From Candidatus Babelota bacterium (GTDB taxonomy: Bacteria; Babelota; Babeliae; Babelales; UASB340): 64,000 nucleotides of DNA. Each line of letters starts with the position of its first letter. The first letter of the stretch is position 1. The position numbers and the translations under genes were made by a program. The stretch spans positions 295 through 64,294 of the forward strand of contig WJLJ01000083.1 in assembly GCA_014728525.1 (NCBI GenBank). Reading direction: 5' to 3'. The notes beneath the pieces are model-generated. The model did not search any database. It had not been told where the DNA came from and saw only the letters and a list, made by a program, of their open reading frames with translations. Below, one piece after another: positions 1-9,202 of this stretch.

Positions 1-1
1 T

Positions 2-1069
2 ATAACAACATTAGATGGCAGAGTTGATCAACATGATACTCAACTTGACACTTTAAAAACAGATACAACAACCTTAGGAACCAGAATTACTAGCAACGAT
101 GATGAAATAAGTACAGATCGCAGAGCAAGATCAACAATATGGAAAAAATTTTTAGATCCTGAATGGACTCTTTTTGATGAAGCAACAAATCCAAGTGGAC
201 AAAATCTTCGTTGTGTTGCATATGGTGATAATACTTGGATTATTGGTGGGGATCTTAGAACAATGTTAATAAGTTCAGACCGCAAAAACTGGACCCAAGT
301 AGATGTTACTTCTGTATTTAGCGGAGGGGATGTTCAAAGCATTGCATATAATGGAAGCAATTCATTTATGGCAATAATAGATAACCCCAATGAAACGGCA
401 ATAAGCTCCGATGGAACAAGTTGGACTGCAAAAACAGGTTTAAGCAGTGGTGCTAATTTAAAAAGCGTAGAGTATGGAAATGGTTTATGGGTTATTGGAA
501 GTAGTAATGGTAAAATATATACAAGTGATGACGATGGAGATAGTTGGACTGAAAGATCTAATCCATTTAGCAGCAACATTACTCAGATAAGATATGCCGG
601 AGATTCTACTACTACATATACTTTTGTTGCCGTAGGAGGTGCAGATGATAATCCAGAGATAATAACAAGCTCTAATGCTATAGATTGGACAGCAAGGACA
701 GCTAGTGTTGGAGATACTATCTACGGTATTGATTATGGTGACGGATATTGGGTTATAACTGCAGATACAGATATAACACCATTACCTCCAAAAATTGCAA
801 CCAGTCCTGATGCTATAACCTGGACAAATAATACGGTAGAAACTTTAGATGATTATTGTACTGCGATTAAATACGGAAACAAATTTTGGGTTGTTGGATC
901 AAGAGATTCCAGATATGCCGTTAGTGAAACACCAACAACAACATGGACTTTTCAACCATCTTTTGATGTAGTGGGAGGTCATGAAATAGTAGGAATAGCA
1001 ACTGATAATTTGGGACGGTTTGTAGGTGTTTCTAACACCGGAAAAATTGGTTATACAGATTTATATTAA
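2..1069 (+). CDS. Fibre-like surface protein, 5' end cut by the window edge: periodic T/D-rich stalk repeats followed by an Asp-box-like beta-propeller
   Basis: Frame 2 is open from base 2 (ITTLDGRVDQHDTQLDTLKTDTTTLGTRITSNDDEI...) straight into listed ORF 263..1069, so the ATG at 263 is internal. Blades of about 45 aa carry SSDGTSWT / DDDGDSWT / YGNGLWV motifs. Paralogue of the next gene. Confidence 0.7.
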   Translation: MTTLDGRVDQHDTQLDTLKTDTTTLGTRITSNDDEISTDRRARSTIWKKFLDPEWTLFDEATNPSGQNLRCVAYGDNTWIIGGDLRTMLISSDRKNWTQVDVTSVFSGGDVQSIAYNGSNSFMAIIDNPNETAISSDGTSWTAKTGLSSGANLKSVEYGNGLWVIGSSNGKIYTSDDDGDSWTERSNPFSSNITQIRYAGDSTTTYTFVAVGGADDNPEIITSSNAIDWTARTASVGDTIYGIDYGDGYWVITADTDITPLPPKIATSPDAITWTNNTVETLDDYCTAIKYGNKFWVVGSRDSRYAVSETPTTTWTFQPSFDVVGGHEIVGIATDNLGRFVGVSNTGKIGYTDLY

Positions 1070-1097
1070 AAAAAATAAAAAAAAGGGAGAAAAAATA

Positions 1098-2393
1098 ATG
1101 AATAAAAAAATAATTTTAATAACTTTATGTATAACTTTAAAAATAATAAATCTAAATTCGAATATCTTTGAAGTATTAAACAACATATCAAGAGAGATAA
1201 TAAATCAACAAAATAATATAGGAACGGCTCAAACAGATATAACAACTCTAGATGGAAAAGTTGATAGTAATGATACCGATATAAGTAGTGCACAAAGTGA
1301 TATAACTATTTTAGACGGAAGAGTTGACGGTAATGATACTGATATAAGTAATGCACAAAGCGATATAACAACATTAGATGGAAGAGTTGATAGCAATGAT
1401 ACAAAACTCGATAACTTTAAAACAGATACAACAACACTCGGCACCAGGGTTACTGGTAATGATAGTGATATAAATTTAATCAATACATATAGAGAGTATA
1501 TTTGGAAAAATATATTAGGTTTAGATTGGACATTGTTTCAACAACAATCAAGTCCTACCTCATCTCATCTTTATTGTGTAGGGCACAATGGAAGTAACCT
1601 ATGGGCAATAGGTGGAGCTTCAGGATTCTTAGCAACAAGCCCTGACGGACAAACTTGGACATCAAGAACTAGCGGTATATCGGAACCGATTTATGGAATA
1701 AATCATAATCAAAGTGACTTGTGGGTTGGTGTAGGTAATGCGGGAAAAATTATAACCAGCCCTGATGGAATAACTTGGACAGAACAAACATCTCCATTTA
1801 CAAATGTTATTGAAGCTGTTTATTACGGAGACGGGTTATGGGTTGCCGGCGGCCAATATGGGGAACTGGCAACTAGTTCTAACGGTTCAAGTTGGACATT
1901 AAGAAGCGCAGGATTCGGTGGAGCACAAATATATAATGTTCTTTACGGAGGAGAAGCCACTACAACTTATACTTGGGTAGCAGTTGGGCAAGTAGGAAGA
2001 ATAGCCACAAGCTCTGACGGTATAAGTTGGACACAAAGAACCAGCTCTTTTACTGTAACAGATACTATTGTTGCTCTTGGATATGGAAATGGAATCTGGG
2101 CTGCTGCCGGAAATAGTGGGAAACTTGCTGTAAGTACTGATGCGGTAACATGGACACAAACAATAAGTTCTTTTGGTAGTACAAATATTAATGGGATGAA
2201 ATACGGGAATGGTTTATGGGTAGTTGTCGGTTCAAATGGAAAAACGGCTACAACCGGAGATCCTACAACAACATTTACTCAACAAACTAGTTCTTTTGGA
2301 ACAACTCAGATAAATGAAGTCAGTTATGATGATAATGGATCATGGGTATCGGTAGGACTTAGTGGAAAAATTGGATATACATACCTGTTTTAA
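1098..2393 (+). CDS. Fibre-like surface protein: N-terminal hydrophobic anchor or signal, 21-aa tandem stalk repeats, six-blade Asp-box-like propeller
   Basis: The ATG at 1098 follows AGGGAG. The listed start at 1026 overlaps the upstream gene. Repeats read DTDISxAQSDITxLDGRVDxN. Blades read TSPDGQTWTS, TSPDGITWTE, TSSNGSSWTL, TSSDGISWTQ, VSTDAVTWTQ, each with YG(N/D)GLWV. Confidence 0.75.
   Translation: MNKKIILITLCITLKIINLNSNIFEVLNNISREIINQQNNIGTAQTDITTLDGKVDSNDTDISSAQSDITILDGRVDGNDTDISNAQSDITTLDGRVDSNDTKLDNFKTDTTTLGTRVTGNDSDINLINTYREYIWKNILGLDWTLFQQQSSPTSSHLYCVGHNGSNLWAIGGASGFLATSPDGQTWTSRTSGISEPIYGINHNQSDLWVGVGNAGKIITSPDGITWTEQTSPFTNVIEAVYYGDGLWVAGGQYGELATSSNGSSWTLRSAGFGGAQIYNVLYGGEATTTYTWVAVGQVGRIATSSDGISWTQRTSSFTVTDTIVALGYGNGIWAAAGNSGKLAVSTDAVTWTQTISSFGSTNINGMKYGNGLWVVVGSNGKTATTGDPTTTFTQQTSSFGTTQINEVSYDDNGSWVSVGLSGKIGYTYLF
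1236..1487 (+). repeat. In-frame 63-nt (21-aa) tandem repeat, four units starting at 1236, 1299, 1362 and 1425
   Basis: GATATAACAACTCTAGATGGAAAAGTTGATAGTAATGATACCGATATAAGTAGTGCACAAAGT recurs with substitutions. The last units diverge. Related units are at 2..110 in the upstream paralogue. Confidence 0.85.
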
Positions 2394-2412
2394 ATAATTA
2401 ATTGGAAAAATT

Positions 2413-3807
2413 ATGTTCAAAAAATTTTTTTTGCTATTAACATTTCAATTCATAAGTATATCATTATTAACATACAATCAAAGTGATATTGATGATCTAA
2501 ACTCCGGAGAAACAAATCTACAATCAAAGGATTTTTCTTCTGCTGATTTATCATATAAACATTATAAAAACAGAAACTTTACAGGAAGTGATTTTACAAA
2601 TACAAATGCACAAAATTCAAAATTTGAAAATTGTACATTCGATAATGTTAATTTTACAAACGCACAACTTAATCAAACAACTTTTACAGGATGTAGTTTT
2701 GATACTGCAAATTTAACCGACACAATTTTTGTTCTAACTACAAATTCCAATTGCGATTTTACTAAAACAATGTTTACAGATACCAATATGCTAGATTCCT
2801 CATATAGTAATTGTACCTTTTCTCAAACAATTTTATTGAGACCTTATATAACTGATCTGCAAAGAGAAAGTTTAGTACAACAAGGATGTTTAAATCCTGC
2901 AGGAAGTATAATGGTTTGTTCCGATTTACACTTAAGACATAAAGGATCTAGTAACCTATCTACAAAGATGGATCAAGTTACAACAATGTCTACAATTGCT
3001 TTGGAAAGAGGCTTTAAAAACAATGTATTAGAAATTATTTATGCCGGAGATTTGGTTAATAATTATAGTCCTGATTTTACAGTAGCAGGAGATGAAGAAA
3101 ATGAATGGGGCTATTTTAATACAATGTTTATTAATACATTTAAAGAAGCTCCTTTTGTTAGTCCAAATACAATTAGAACAAATACTCTTATAGGAAATCA
3201 TGACAGAAAAGGTGGTGTTCTTAGTTACGACTCTTATGCATCAAAAAAAATAAAAGCCTTGAATCAATCATTAATCGATTCAACAGGAGAATATGGCCAA
3301 GATTATTATAAAGTAAGTAATTCAACTCTAAATTTAGACATATACATGCTCGGTGAATGTCCCACTAAATTTAATTATAAACCTGTTAACTGGTTTACAA
3401 GTAACATTGATACCGATAAAACATCTATTTTAGTATCACATTATTCACCAATTAAAAATTTAAATTGGTGGACTAACGGGAACGAACCAAGACAATTAGA
3501 AAATCATGTAAATCAATGGGATAGCGGAACAGCCTATGATTCAGATGTCACCAACGGTAATAGCGTTGTAAATACTTTTGCTTCTATGATTTCCTCCTAT
3601 GAAGATAACATACTAATTTATATAGGCGGACATTATCACGATACTTTTCTTCAAAAGTGGGGAAATATTTGGACCCTTAATTGCGCAGATAATACTAAAT
3701 TTGCTTTAATACATTTAACATCCGGTGGAGAATTAGTAGCAATAGAATTATACTCTTTTACAGATGCAGATGATGTTACAAGATATTATCCTAAAGATTT
3801 AACTTAA
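2413..3807 (+). CDS. Secreted pentapeptide-repeat / calcineurin-like metallophosphoesterase fusion protein
   Basis: Signal-like N-terminus. Pentapeptide-type run: FTGSDFTNTNAQNSKFENCTFDNVNFTNAQLNQTTFTGCSFDTANLTDT. Phosphoesterase motifs in order: CSDLHLRH, AGDLVNN, GNHD, SHYSP, GGHYH. Confidence 0.75.
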   Translation: MFKKFFLLLTFQFISISLLTYNQSDIDDLNSGETNLQSKDFSSADLSYKHYKNRNFTGSDFTNTNAQNSKFENCTFDNVNFTNAQLNQTTFTGCSFDTANLTDTIFVLTTNSNCDFTKTMFTDTNMLDSSYSNCTFSQTILLRPYITDLQRESLVQQGCLNPAGSIMVCSDLHLRHKGSSNLSTKMDQVTTMSTIALERGFKNNVLEIIYAGDLVNNYSPDFTVAGDEENEWGYFNTMFINTFKEAPFVSPNTIRTNTLIGNHDRKGGVLSYDSYASKKIKALNQSLIDSTGEYGQDYYKVSNSTLNLDIYMLGECPTKFNYKPVNWFTSNIDTDKTSILVSHYSPIKNLNWWTNGNEPRQLENHVNQWDSGTAYDSDVTNGNSVVNTFASMISSYEDNILIYIGGHYHDTFLQKWGNIWTLNCADNTKFALIHLTSGGELVAIELYSFTDADDVTRYYPKDLT

Positions 3808-3870
3808 AATTTATTAAAAGTAAACTACCGCCGACCTGCAGGTCGGCGGTAGTTTACTTTTAATAAATTT
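3807..3870. terminator. Perfect 64-bp palindrome (32+32) between two convergent stop codons; probable bidirectional terminator
   Basis: AAATTTATTAAAAGTAAACTACCGCCGACCTG|CAGGTCGGCGGTAGTTTACTTTTAATAAATTT. I checked the arms base by base as reverse complements. The core is GC-rich in an AT-rich context. Confidence 0.7.
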
Positions 3871-4924
3871 ATTCTTTTCCAGCTCCGAATGTAAATGCAT
3901 ATAAAGATACATCTTTTGGTAATTTTAAAGTTAATATGTGTTTATTATTATCACCTTTTAAATCCAAAATATCATACATTCTTGGCTCATCTACAACAAT
4001 TTTACCTTCATCATTAAAATCTTTTGTATAATATTTTTTATTAAGAGGCATATTATCTAAAAAAACATCTATCTCTTGAGACTTTTTTGAACTCATAACA
4101 AGATAAACTCTATTTGCAATAAAATTTAAATTTAAAATACAATCATTACTTTTTGTTTGTATGTATTCGGGTAAAGCTAACCAGCTGCCTCTAATACCAA
4201 CTTGATTTATATTAAGATCACCTTGATAATTATATGTTGCTATTTGATTTCTTTTTAATACAATATCTTTGTGATAAGAATTTCCTCGTAAATATCCCAA
4301 ATAAGTTTCCGGAGTTACTGAAGAAAAGCCTCCTTGTTCTATTTGTTTTTCGGATATTGGAGAAAGACCAAGTAAATTACGTATTGCATTTTCCATTTCC
4401 AGATAATCCCCCTCTCCTATATGAATTTTTTGTATAATTCCATTTTGATCAATTAAATAATGTGCAGGCCAATATCTATTACGATAATTATTCCAAGTTT
4501 TATCATTATTATCCATAGCAATAGGATAAGTAAGACCAAAACGTTCTACTGCTTTTTTAACATTTTTAAGATCTTTTTCAAAATCAAATTCTGCTTTATG
4601 AACACCAATAATTGTAAAACCATCATCTTTATATTTTTCATACCATTTTTTAAGATACGGTAAAGTTCTGATACAATTAATACAACTATAGGCCCAAAAA
4701 TCAACTAAAACTACCTTACCTTTTAGTTGTTCAAGTTTAATTCTAGAAGTATTTATCCAATGGGTTATTCCTTCTATTTTGGGAGCTTTTATTCCGGGTT
4801 GTATGACTTGAACAGAATTTGAATTATTAATTTTATTAGAATTTGAATGTCTTAAATAAAAATAATAAATCACCCCAAAAATAAATAATAAAGCTAAAAC
4901 AATTATAAGTTTTCTAAAAAACAT
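3869..4924 (-). CDS. Membrane-anchored thioredoxin-fold thiol:disulfide oxidoreductase (TlpA/redoxin-like, DipZ C-terminal-like) with an extra C-terminal domain
   Basis: N-terminal TM segment. Active site reads VDFWAYSCINCIRTLPYLKKW (CxxC). About 170 aa follow the thioredoxin fold. Confidence 0.7.
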   Translation of the reverse strand: MFFRKLIIVLALLFIFGVIYYFYLRHSNSNKINNSNSVQVIQPGIKAPKIEGITHWINTSRIKLEQLKGKVVLVDFWAYSCINCIRTLPYLKKWYEKYKDDGFTIIGVHKAEFDFEKDLKNVKKAVERFGLTYPIAMDNNDKTWNNYRNRYWPAHYLIDQNGIIQKIHIGEGDYLEMENAIRNLLGLSPISEKQIEQGGFSSVTPETYLGYLRGNSYHKDIVLKRNQIATYNYQGDLNINQVGIRGSWLALPEYIQTKSNDCILNLNFIANRVYLVMSSKKSQEIDVFLDNMPLNKKYYTKDFNDEGKIVVDEPRMYDILDLKGDNNKHILTLKLPKDVSLYAFTFGAGKE

Positions 4925-5083
4925 CTTATACTCCTTTTTATTTTATTTTTTAGCAAACTATCATAAAAATTTAAGTTTAATATAGAAATTTAAATTTTTT
5001 TATTAAAATTCCAATAACTTGACCTCTTAATTTTAATTTCTATAAAAAATAAACTAATAACTTTATAAAAAAAAGGAGAATTA

Positions 5084-5449
5084 ATGTATATAAAATTAAA
5101 TCAACCAGCTTTCGATAAAGCAAAAGCAATGATCAAAAGAGGTTTTGAAGTCGGAACGGATGCCAAAAACCGGGAAGCCGTAAAACCAAGCACAGATGAA
5201 AAATTAAATTATCTAAAAAATCACACATTAGAAGAATATGGATTATGGTTTTTAGGTATAAATACAGATCTTCCGGATAATGATCAAAATAAATATACAT
5301 ATCCCTATGGAGATTTTAACCTGGTTCAAGAAGGAGCCTTAATAGAAATAAAAGAAATGGCTACAAAAAGTTTGGATAACCAAATAATAGAAGCCGTAAA
5401 TAAATTATTAGAAATATTATATGATCAAAAAAAATTAAATAAAACTTAA
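5084..5449 (+). CDS. Hypothetical protein (121 aa)
   Basis: AAGGAG sits 7 nt upstream of the ATG. I recognised no family motif. Confidence 0.55.
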   Translation: MYIKLNQPAFDKAKAMIKRGFEVGTDAKNREAVKPSTDEKLNYLKNHTLEEYGLWFLGINTDLPDNDQNKYTYPYGDFNLVQEGALIEIKEMATKSLDNQIIEAVNKLLEILYDQKKLNKT

Positions 5450-6055
5450 TTATTTAAAACCTTTTTCAATTTCTTTCATTGTTTTTCCGGATAAAGCAGA
5501 TTTGTTTTCTGTTGAAGTTGGATTACGTCTGGCATCAGCATACTTATCATCTTTTTTTATTAATAACCATTGATTTTTTTTACCTGTTTTATTCTTAGTG
5601 CGAACTAAAACATATGATCCTTTTATTTTTTTACCTTTTATATTTATTTTTATTTCTCCTTGTTTGTAACATTTTTTCATATCAATTTTTTTGCCATTTT
5701 CTTCATATACATTATTATAAGTTCCTATATCCCAAACCATCACAGTTCCCGCACCATAATTTCCTTCGGGTATAATTCCTTCAAATTCTGCATATTTTAA
5801 TGGATGATCATCTGTAGGAATAGCCAACCTTTTAACTTTCGGATTAAGAGAAGGTCCTTTAGGAATAGCCCAAGACTTTAAAACTCCATCAATTTCTATA
5901 CGAAAGTCATAATGAAGACGAGTAGCATCATGTTTTTGAATAACATAAATAGGATGTTTTAATTTTATATGTTTTTCTTTTCCTGTTGGCTCTTTTGATT
6001 CTTTTAAATTTCTGCGTTCTTTATATTCTTTTAATTTATTTGTTTTTTTATTCAT
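5450..6055 (-). CDS. Stand-alone LigD-type 3'-phosphoesterase (PE) domain protein
   Basis: HDATRLHYDFRIEIDGVLKSWAIPKGPS matches the LigD PE signature. The ATG at 6055 is preceded by AGGAGG; the listed start at 6070 is upstream of that RBS. Confidence 0.8.
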   Translation of the reverse strand: MNKKTNKLKEYKERRNLKESKEPTGKEKHIKLKHPIYVIQKHDATRLHYDFRIEIDGVLKSWAIPKGPSLNPKVKRLAIPTDDHPLKYAEFEGIIPEGNYGAGTVMVWDIGTYNNVYEENGKKIDMKKCYKQGEIKINIKGKKIKGSYVLVRTKNKTGKKNQWLLIKKDDKYADARRNPTSTENKSALSGKTMKEIEKGFK

Positions 6056-6072
6056 GCAACCTCCTATCAAAA

Positions 6073-6954
6073 TTATAATTTAGGTAATGAGGCAGAGCTT
6101 TTTGAAATATTTTTCCATGGATCTTCAATTTTACTTAAATGTTTAAAAATATTTTTTATATTATATTTATTCGGTTTTAATTTTGAATCTTGCACCTCTT
6201 GCCAAGAAACAGGCGTTGCTATAGATGCACCCTTTTTTGCTCTTACTCCATAAGGAGCCACTGTAGTTTGTCCAAAAGCATTGCGTATCGTATCTATAAA
6301 AATTAAACCTTTACGCTTTTCTTTTCTAATTTCTAGAGTAAGTAATTTTTTATGTTTTTCGATCAAAGGCTTTACTAAATTTTTTGCATAATTTCTCACA
6401 TAATCAAAATTATATTTTCTTTTTATGGGTATTATTACATGAATACCTTTAGATCCGGTAATCATCGCAAAAGGTTTAAGACCAATTTCTTCAACTCGTT
6501 CTTTTAGTAAAAGTGCAGCCTTTCTAACTTTAGAAAAACTAACACCGGAAGGATCGAGATCAAATATAATTCTATCAGGATAATTAAGCTTATCTGTTTT
6601 ACTTAACCATATATGAGGAGAAATACACGCTTGATTCGCTAAATAAATTAAAGTAGCAAGATTGTTTACAATAACATAATTAGTATGCACACCACCCTGC
6701 TTTTTTATTTTTTTTGTTTTTATCCATTTAGGAAAATAATCACCCGCATCTTTTTGAAAAAATCCTTGCCTATCAATACCGGAAGGATATCTAATCATAC
6801 TGATAGGACGATCTTTTAAAAAGGTCATCATTCTTTTGCCTATTTTTTTATAATAATCAATTAAATCTCCCTTAGTAATTTTCACACTGGGAAAAAGAAT
6901 TTTATCTTCATTTGAAAGTTCTAAAGTATGACTTCCAATTTTAACCTTACCCAT
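6073..6954 (-). CDS. Stand-alone LigD-type polymerase/primase (AEP) domain protein
   Basis: Motifs RIIFDLDPSG and ITGSKGIHVIIP. The ATG at 6954 (MGKVKIGSHTLELSNEDKILFP) has AGGA upstream. The gene ends 17 nt upstream of the PE gene. Confidence 0.8.
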   Translation of the reverse strand: MGKVKIGSHTLELSNEDKILFPSVKITKGDLIDYYKKIGKRMMTFLKDRPISMIRYPSGIDRQGFFQKDAGDYFPKWIKTKKIKKQGGVHTNYVIVNNLATLIYLANQACISPHIWLSKTDKLNYPDRIIFDLDPSGVSFSKVRKAALLLKERVEEIGLKPFAMITGSKGIHVIIPIKRKYNFDYVRNYAKNLVKPLIEKHKKLLTLEIRKEKRKGLIFIDTIRNAFGQTTVAPYGVRAKKGASIATPVSWQEVQDSKLKPNKYNIKNIFKHLSKIEDPWKNISKSSASLPKL

Positions 6955-7053
6955 ACAAATCCTAAAATAATTATTTTTTATAAAATCTTGATTAAAATTT
7001 TTACAAAATGATAAATTCAAAATCAAGATAAAAAAATTAATAAAGGAGATAAC

Positions 7054-7356
7054 ATGGAATCTGACGTTTTAATGGAAAAAAATAAATTCATAGTAGAAGA
7101 ATATCTTCCCGATTTTAAAAAAGAAGATATAAAAATAAATATAAATAAAGAAGAAAGAATCCTAGAAATTTCTGCAAATAAATCTTCCGAAGAAGAAGAA
7201 AAAGCAAAATCTAAAGGAGATGTTAAAATATATTATTTTGAAAAAAAAGAAGATTCGTTTTATAAAAAAGTTCCAATTCCGGAAAATGTCAGTATAGAAG
7301 AAGTTCAAACAACTTTTCATAAAGATGGAACTCTTACAATAGAATTTAAAAAATAA
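7054..7356 (+). CDS. Minimal Hsp20/alpha-crystallin-domain protein (100 aa)
   Basis: Segments LPDFKKEDIKININKEERILEISANK and DGTLTIEFKK. GGAG RBS. Confidence 0.65.
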   Translation: MESDVLMEKNKFIVEEYLPDFKKEDIKININKEERILEISANKSSEEEEKAKSKGDVKIYYFEKKEDSFYKKVPIPENVSIEEVQTTFHKDGTLTIEFKK

Positions 7357-7358
7357 AT

Positions 7359-7787
7359 ATGAAAAATGGGTTATTTATAAAAGAAGATTTAATTATTCCC
7401 GAAAACGAAATAGAAGTTACAACATCTCGCTCCGGAGGAGCCGGTGGGCAACATGTAAATAAAGCCGAAACAAAAGTAACTGTTCGTTGGAATGTAAACC
7501 AAAGTATCACTCTTGATCAAATACAAAAAGATAGAATTAAATTTAACTTGAAAAATAAAATAACAAAAGACGGTGATATTATAATCTCTAATAGCGAATC
7601 TCGAAGTCAACTTCAAAATAAAGAAAATGCTTTAAAAATTCTTGCAAAAACTATAAAAAAAGGTCTTCATATCCCTAAAAAAAGAATGAAAACCCGTATT
7701 CCAAAAAAGGAAAAAGAAAAACGTTTAAAAGAAAAAAAATATCGCAGCGAAATAAAAAAAATGCGCAGTAAAAAATTTGATGTCTAA
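7359..7787 (+). CDS. arfB: Ribosome-rescue peptidyl-tRNA hydrolase ArfB (YaeJ)
   Basis: GGQ motif SGGAGGQHVNK, a 142-aa length and a basic C-terminal tail (KKRMKTRIPKKEKEKRLKEKK). Confidence 0.85.
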   Translation: MKNGLFIKEDLIIPENEIEVTTSRSGGAGGQHVNKAETKVTVRWNVNQSITLDQIQKDRIKFNLKNKITKDGDIIISNSESRSQLQNKENALKILAKTIKKGLHIPKKRMKTRIPKKEKEKRLKEKKYRSEIKKMRSKKFDV

Positions 7788-7819
7788 AAGTTTTAAAATT
7801 TTAGACAACGCAAGTTAAA

Positions 7820-9202
7820 TTAATTATATTTTCTGAATAACTTATTATTTTTTTCTTCAATTAAAATCTTTAATAATGCAGCAGAAAGATCTTTGTGCGT
7901 ACATTTTTTAGATATAAAATTTTGTGCAATTTCCAAGTAAATCGCATGTTCATGTTTAGTAATATTTTTTTCTACTTTTTTTAAAACTTTGTTTGCTTTT
8001 TTTTCTAAATGCCCATCACAATTTAATTCCAATTTCTCTTTATTGTTCTTTTTTTCAACAATTTTTTTTCTTGAAGAAAAATTATCTTTTTGATTTGAAT
8101 ATTCTTTTATATGAGATTTGGTATATTTAATTATTTTTTCAAATAATCTTTTTTCACTTTTTGATACAAAACTGAATGCTTTACCCGATTTACCGGCCCT
8201 TCCGGTTCTTCCTATTCTATGAATATAGCTATCGGTTTCTCTTGGTATTTCAAAATTAAAGACTGCTTGAACATTATCAACATCAATACCTCTGGCAGCT
8301 ACATCGGTTGCAACTAAAATTTTAATTTTATTTTTTCTAAACCTATTCATAATAGAATCTCGTTTAGATTGTCTCATGTCACCATGAATACCTGCTGCCG
8401 AAAAACCTGTTTGTTTTAATGTTTTTGCAATTTTATCAACTTTTCTTTTAGTATTGCAAAATACAATAGAAAGTTCCGGATCATATTTATTTATAAGATC
8501 CATTAAAAAATCAATTTTATACCCCGGTTCCGAATTTAAATAAAACTGTTCTATTGAAAGTTTATTTAATTCATTACTATCAATTTTAATAGTTTTAGGA
8601 TTCTTTTGATAACTTCTTGTAAGATTTAAAATTTCACGCGACATTGTTGCAGAAAATAAAAGAGTTTGTCTGTTCTTTTTTGTAGCACTCAAAATTCTTT
8701 TAATATCTTTTCTAAACCCCATATCAAGCATTCTATCTGCTTCATCAAGAACCAACATTTTTATTTTATTAATTTTTAAAGTTCCTCTTTCAAGATGATC
8801 CAGAATTCTGCCAGGTGTTCCAATTATAATTTGCGGTTTTCGTCTTAATGCATTTATTTGTCTTGATATGGATTGACCGCCATAAACAGCCAAAACAGAA
8901 GACTCTTTTTTAAATTTCAAAAACTTATTCATTTCATCGGCAACTTGCATAGCAAGTTCTCTTGTGGGACACAAAACAAGAATTTGAACGTCTTTAGAAT
9001 CAACATCTACTTTTTCTATTGCAGGAATACCAAATGCTGCAGTTTTCCCCGTGCCGGTCGCAGCCAAACCAATTATATCCCCACCTTTTAAAATTTCAGG
9101 AATTGCCTTTGATTGAATAGGGGTAGTTTCTTTGAACCCCATAATAGATATAGCTTTTAATAAGTCTTTAGATAAACCTAAATCTTTAAATTTAATATTC
9201 AT
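7820..9202 (-). CDS. DEAD-box ATP-dependent RNA helicase
   Basis: Motifs AATGTGKTAAF, VLDEADRMLDMGF, LFSATM and HRIGRTGRAG. Confidence 0.92.
   Translation of the reverse strand: MNIKFKDLGLSKDLLKAISIMGFKETTPIQSKAIPEILKGGDIIGLAATGTGKTAAFGIPAIEKVDVDSKDVQILVLCPTRELAMQVADEMNKFLKFKKESSVLAVYGGQSISRQINALRRKPQIIIGTPGRILDHLERGTLKINKIKMLVLDEADRMLDMGFRKDIKRILSATKKNRQTLLFSATMSREILNLTRSYQKNPKTIKIDSNELNKLSIEQFYLNSEPGYKIDFLMDLINKYDPELSIVFCNTKRKVDKIAKTLKQTGFSAAGIHGDMRQSKRDSIMNRFRKNKIKILVATDVAARGIDVDNVQAVFNFEIPRETDSYIHRIGRTGRAGKSGKAFSFVSKSEKRLFEKIIKYTKSHIKEYSNQKDNFSSRKKIVEKKNNKEKLELNCDGHLEKKANKVLKKVEKNITKHEHAIYLEIAQNFISKKCTHKDLSAALLKILIEEKNNKLFRKYN

Noticed and set aside
1026-1097. N-terminal extension of the second fibre-like gene (MFLTPEKLVIQIYIKKNKKKGEKI)
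   Set aside because: It overlaps the end of the upstream gene. The ATG at 1098 has an AGGGAG RBS and starts a signal-like segment.
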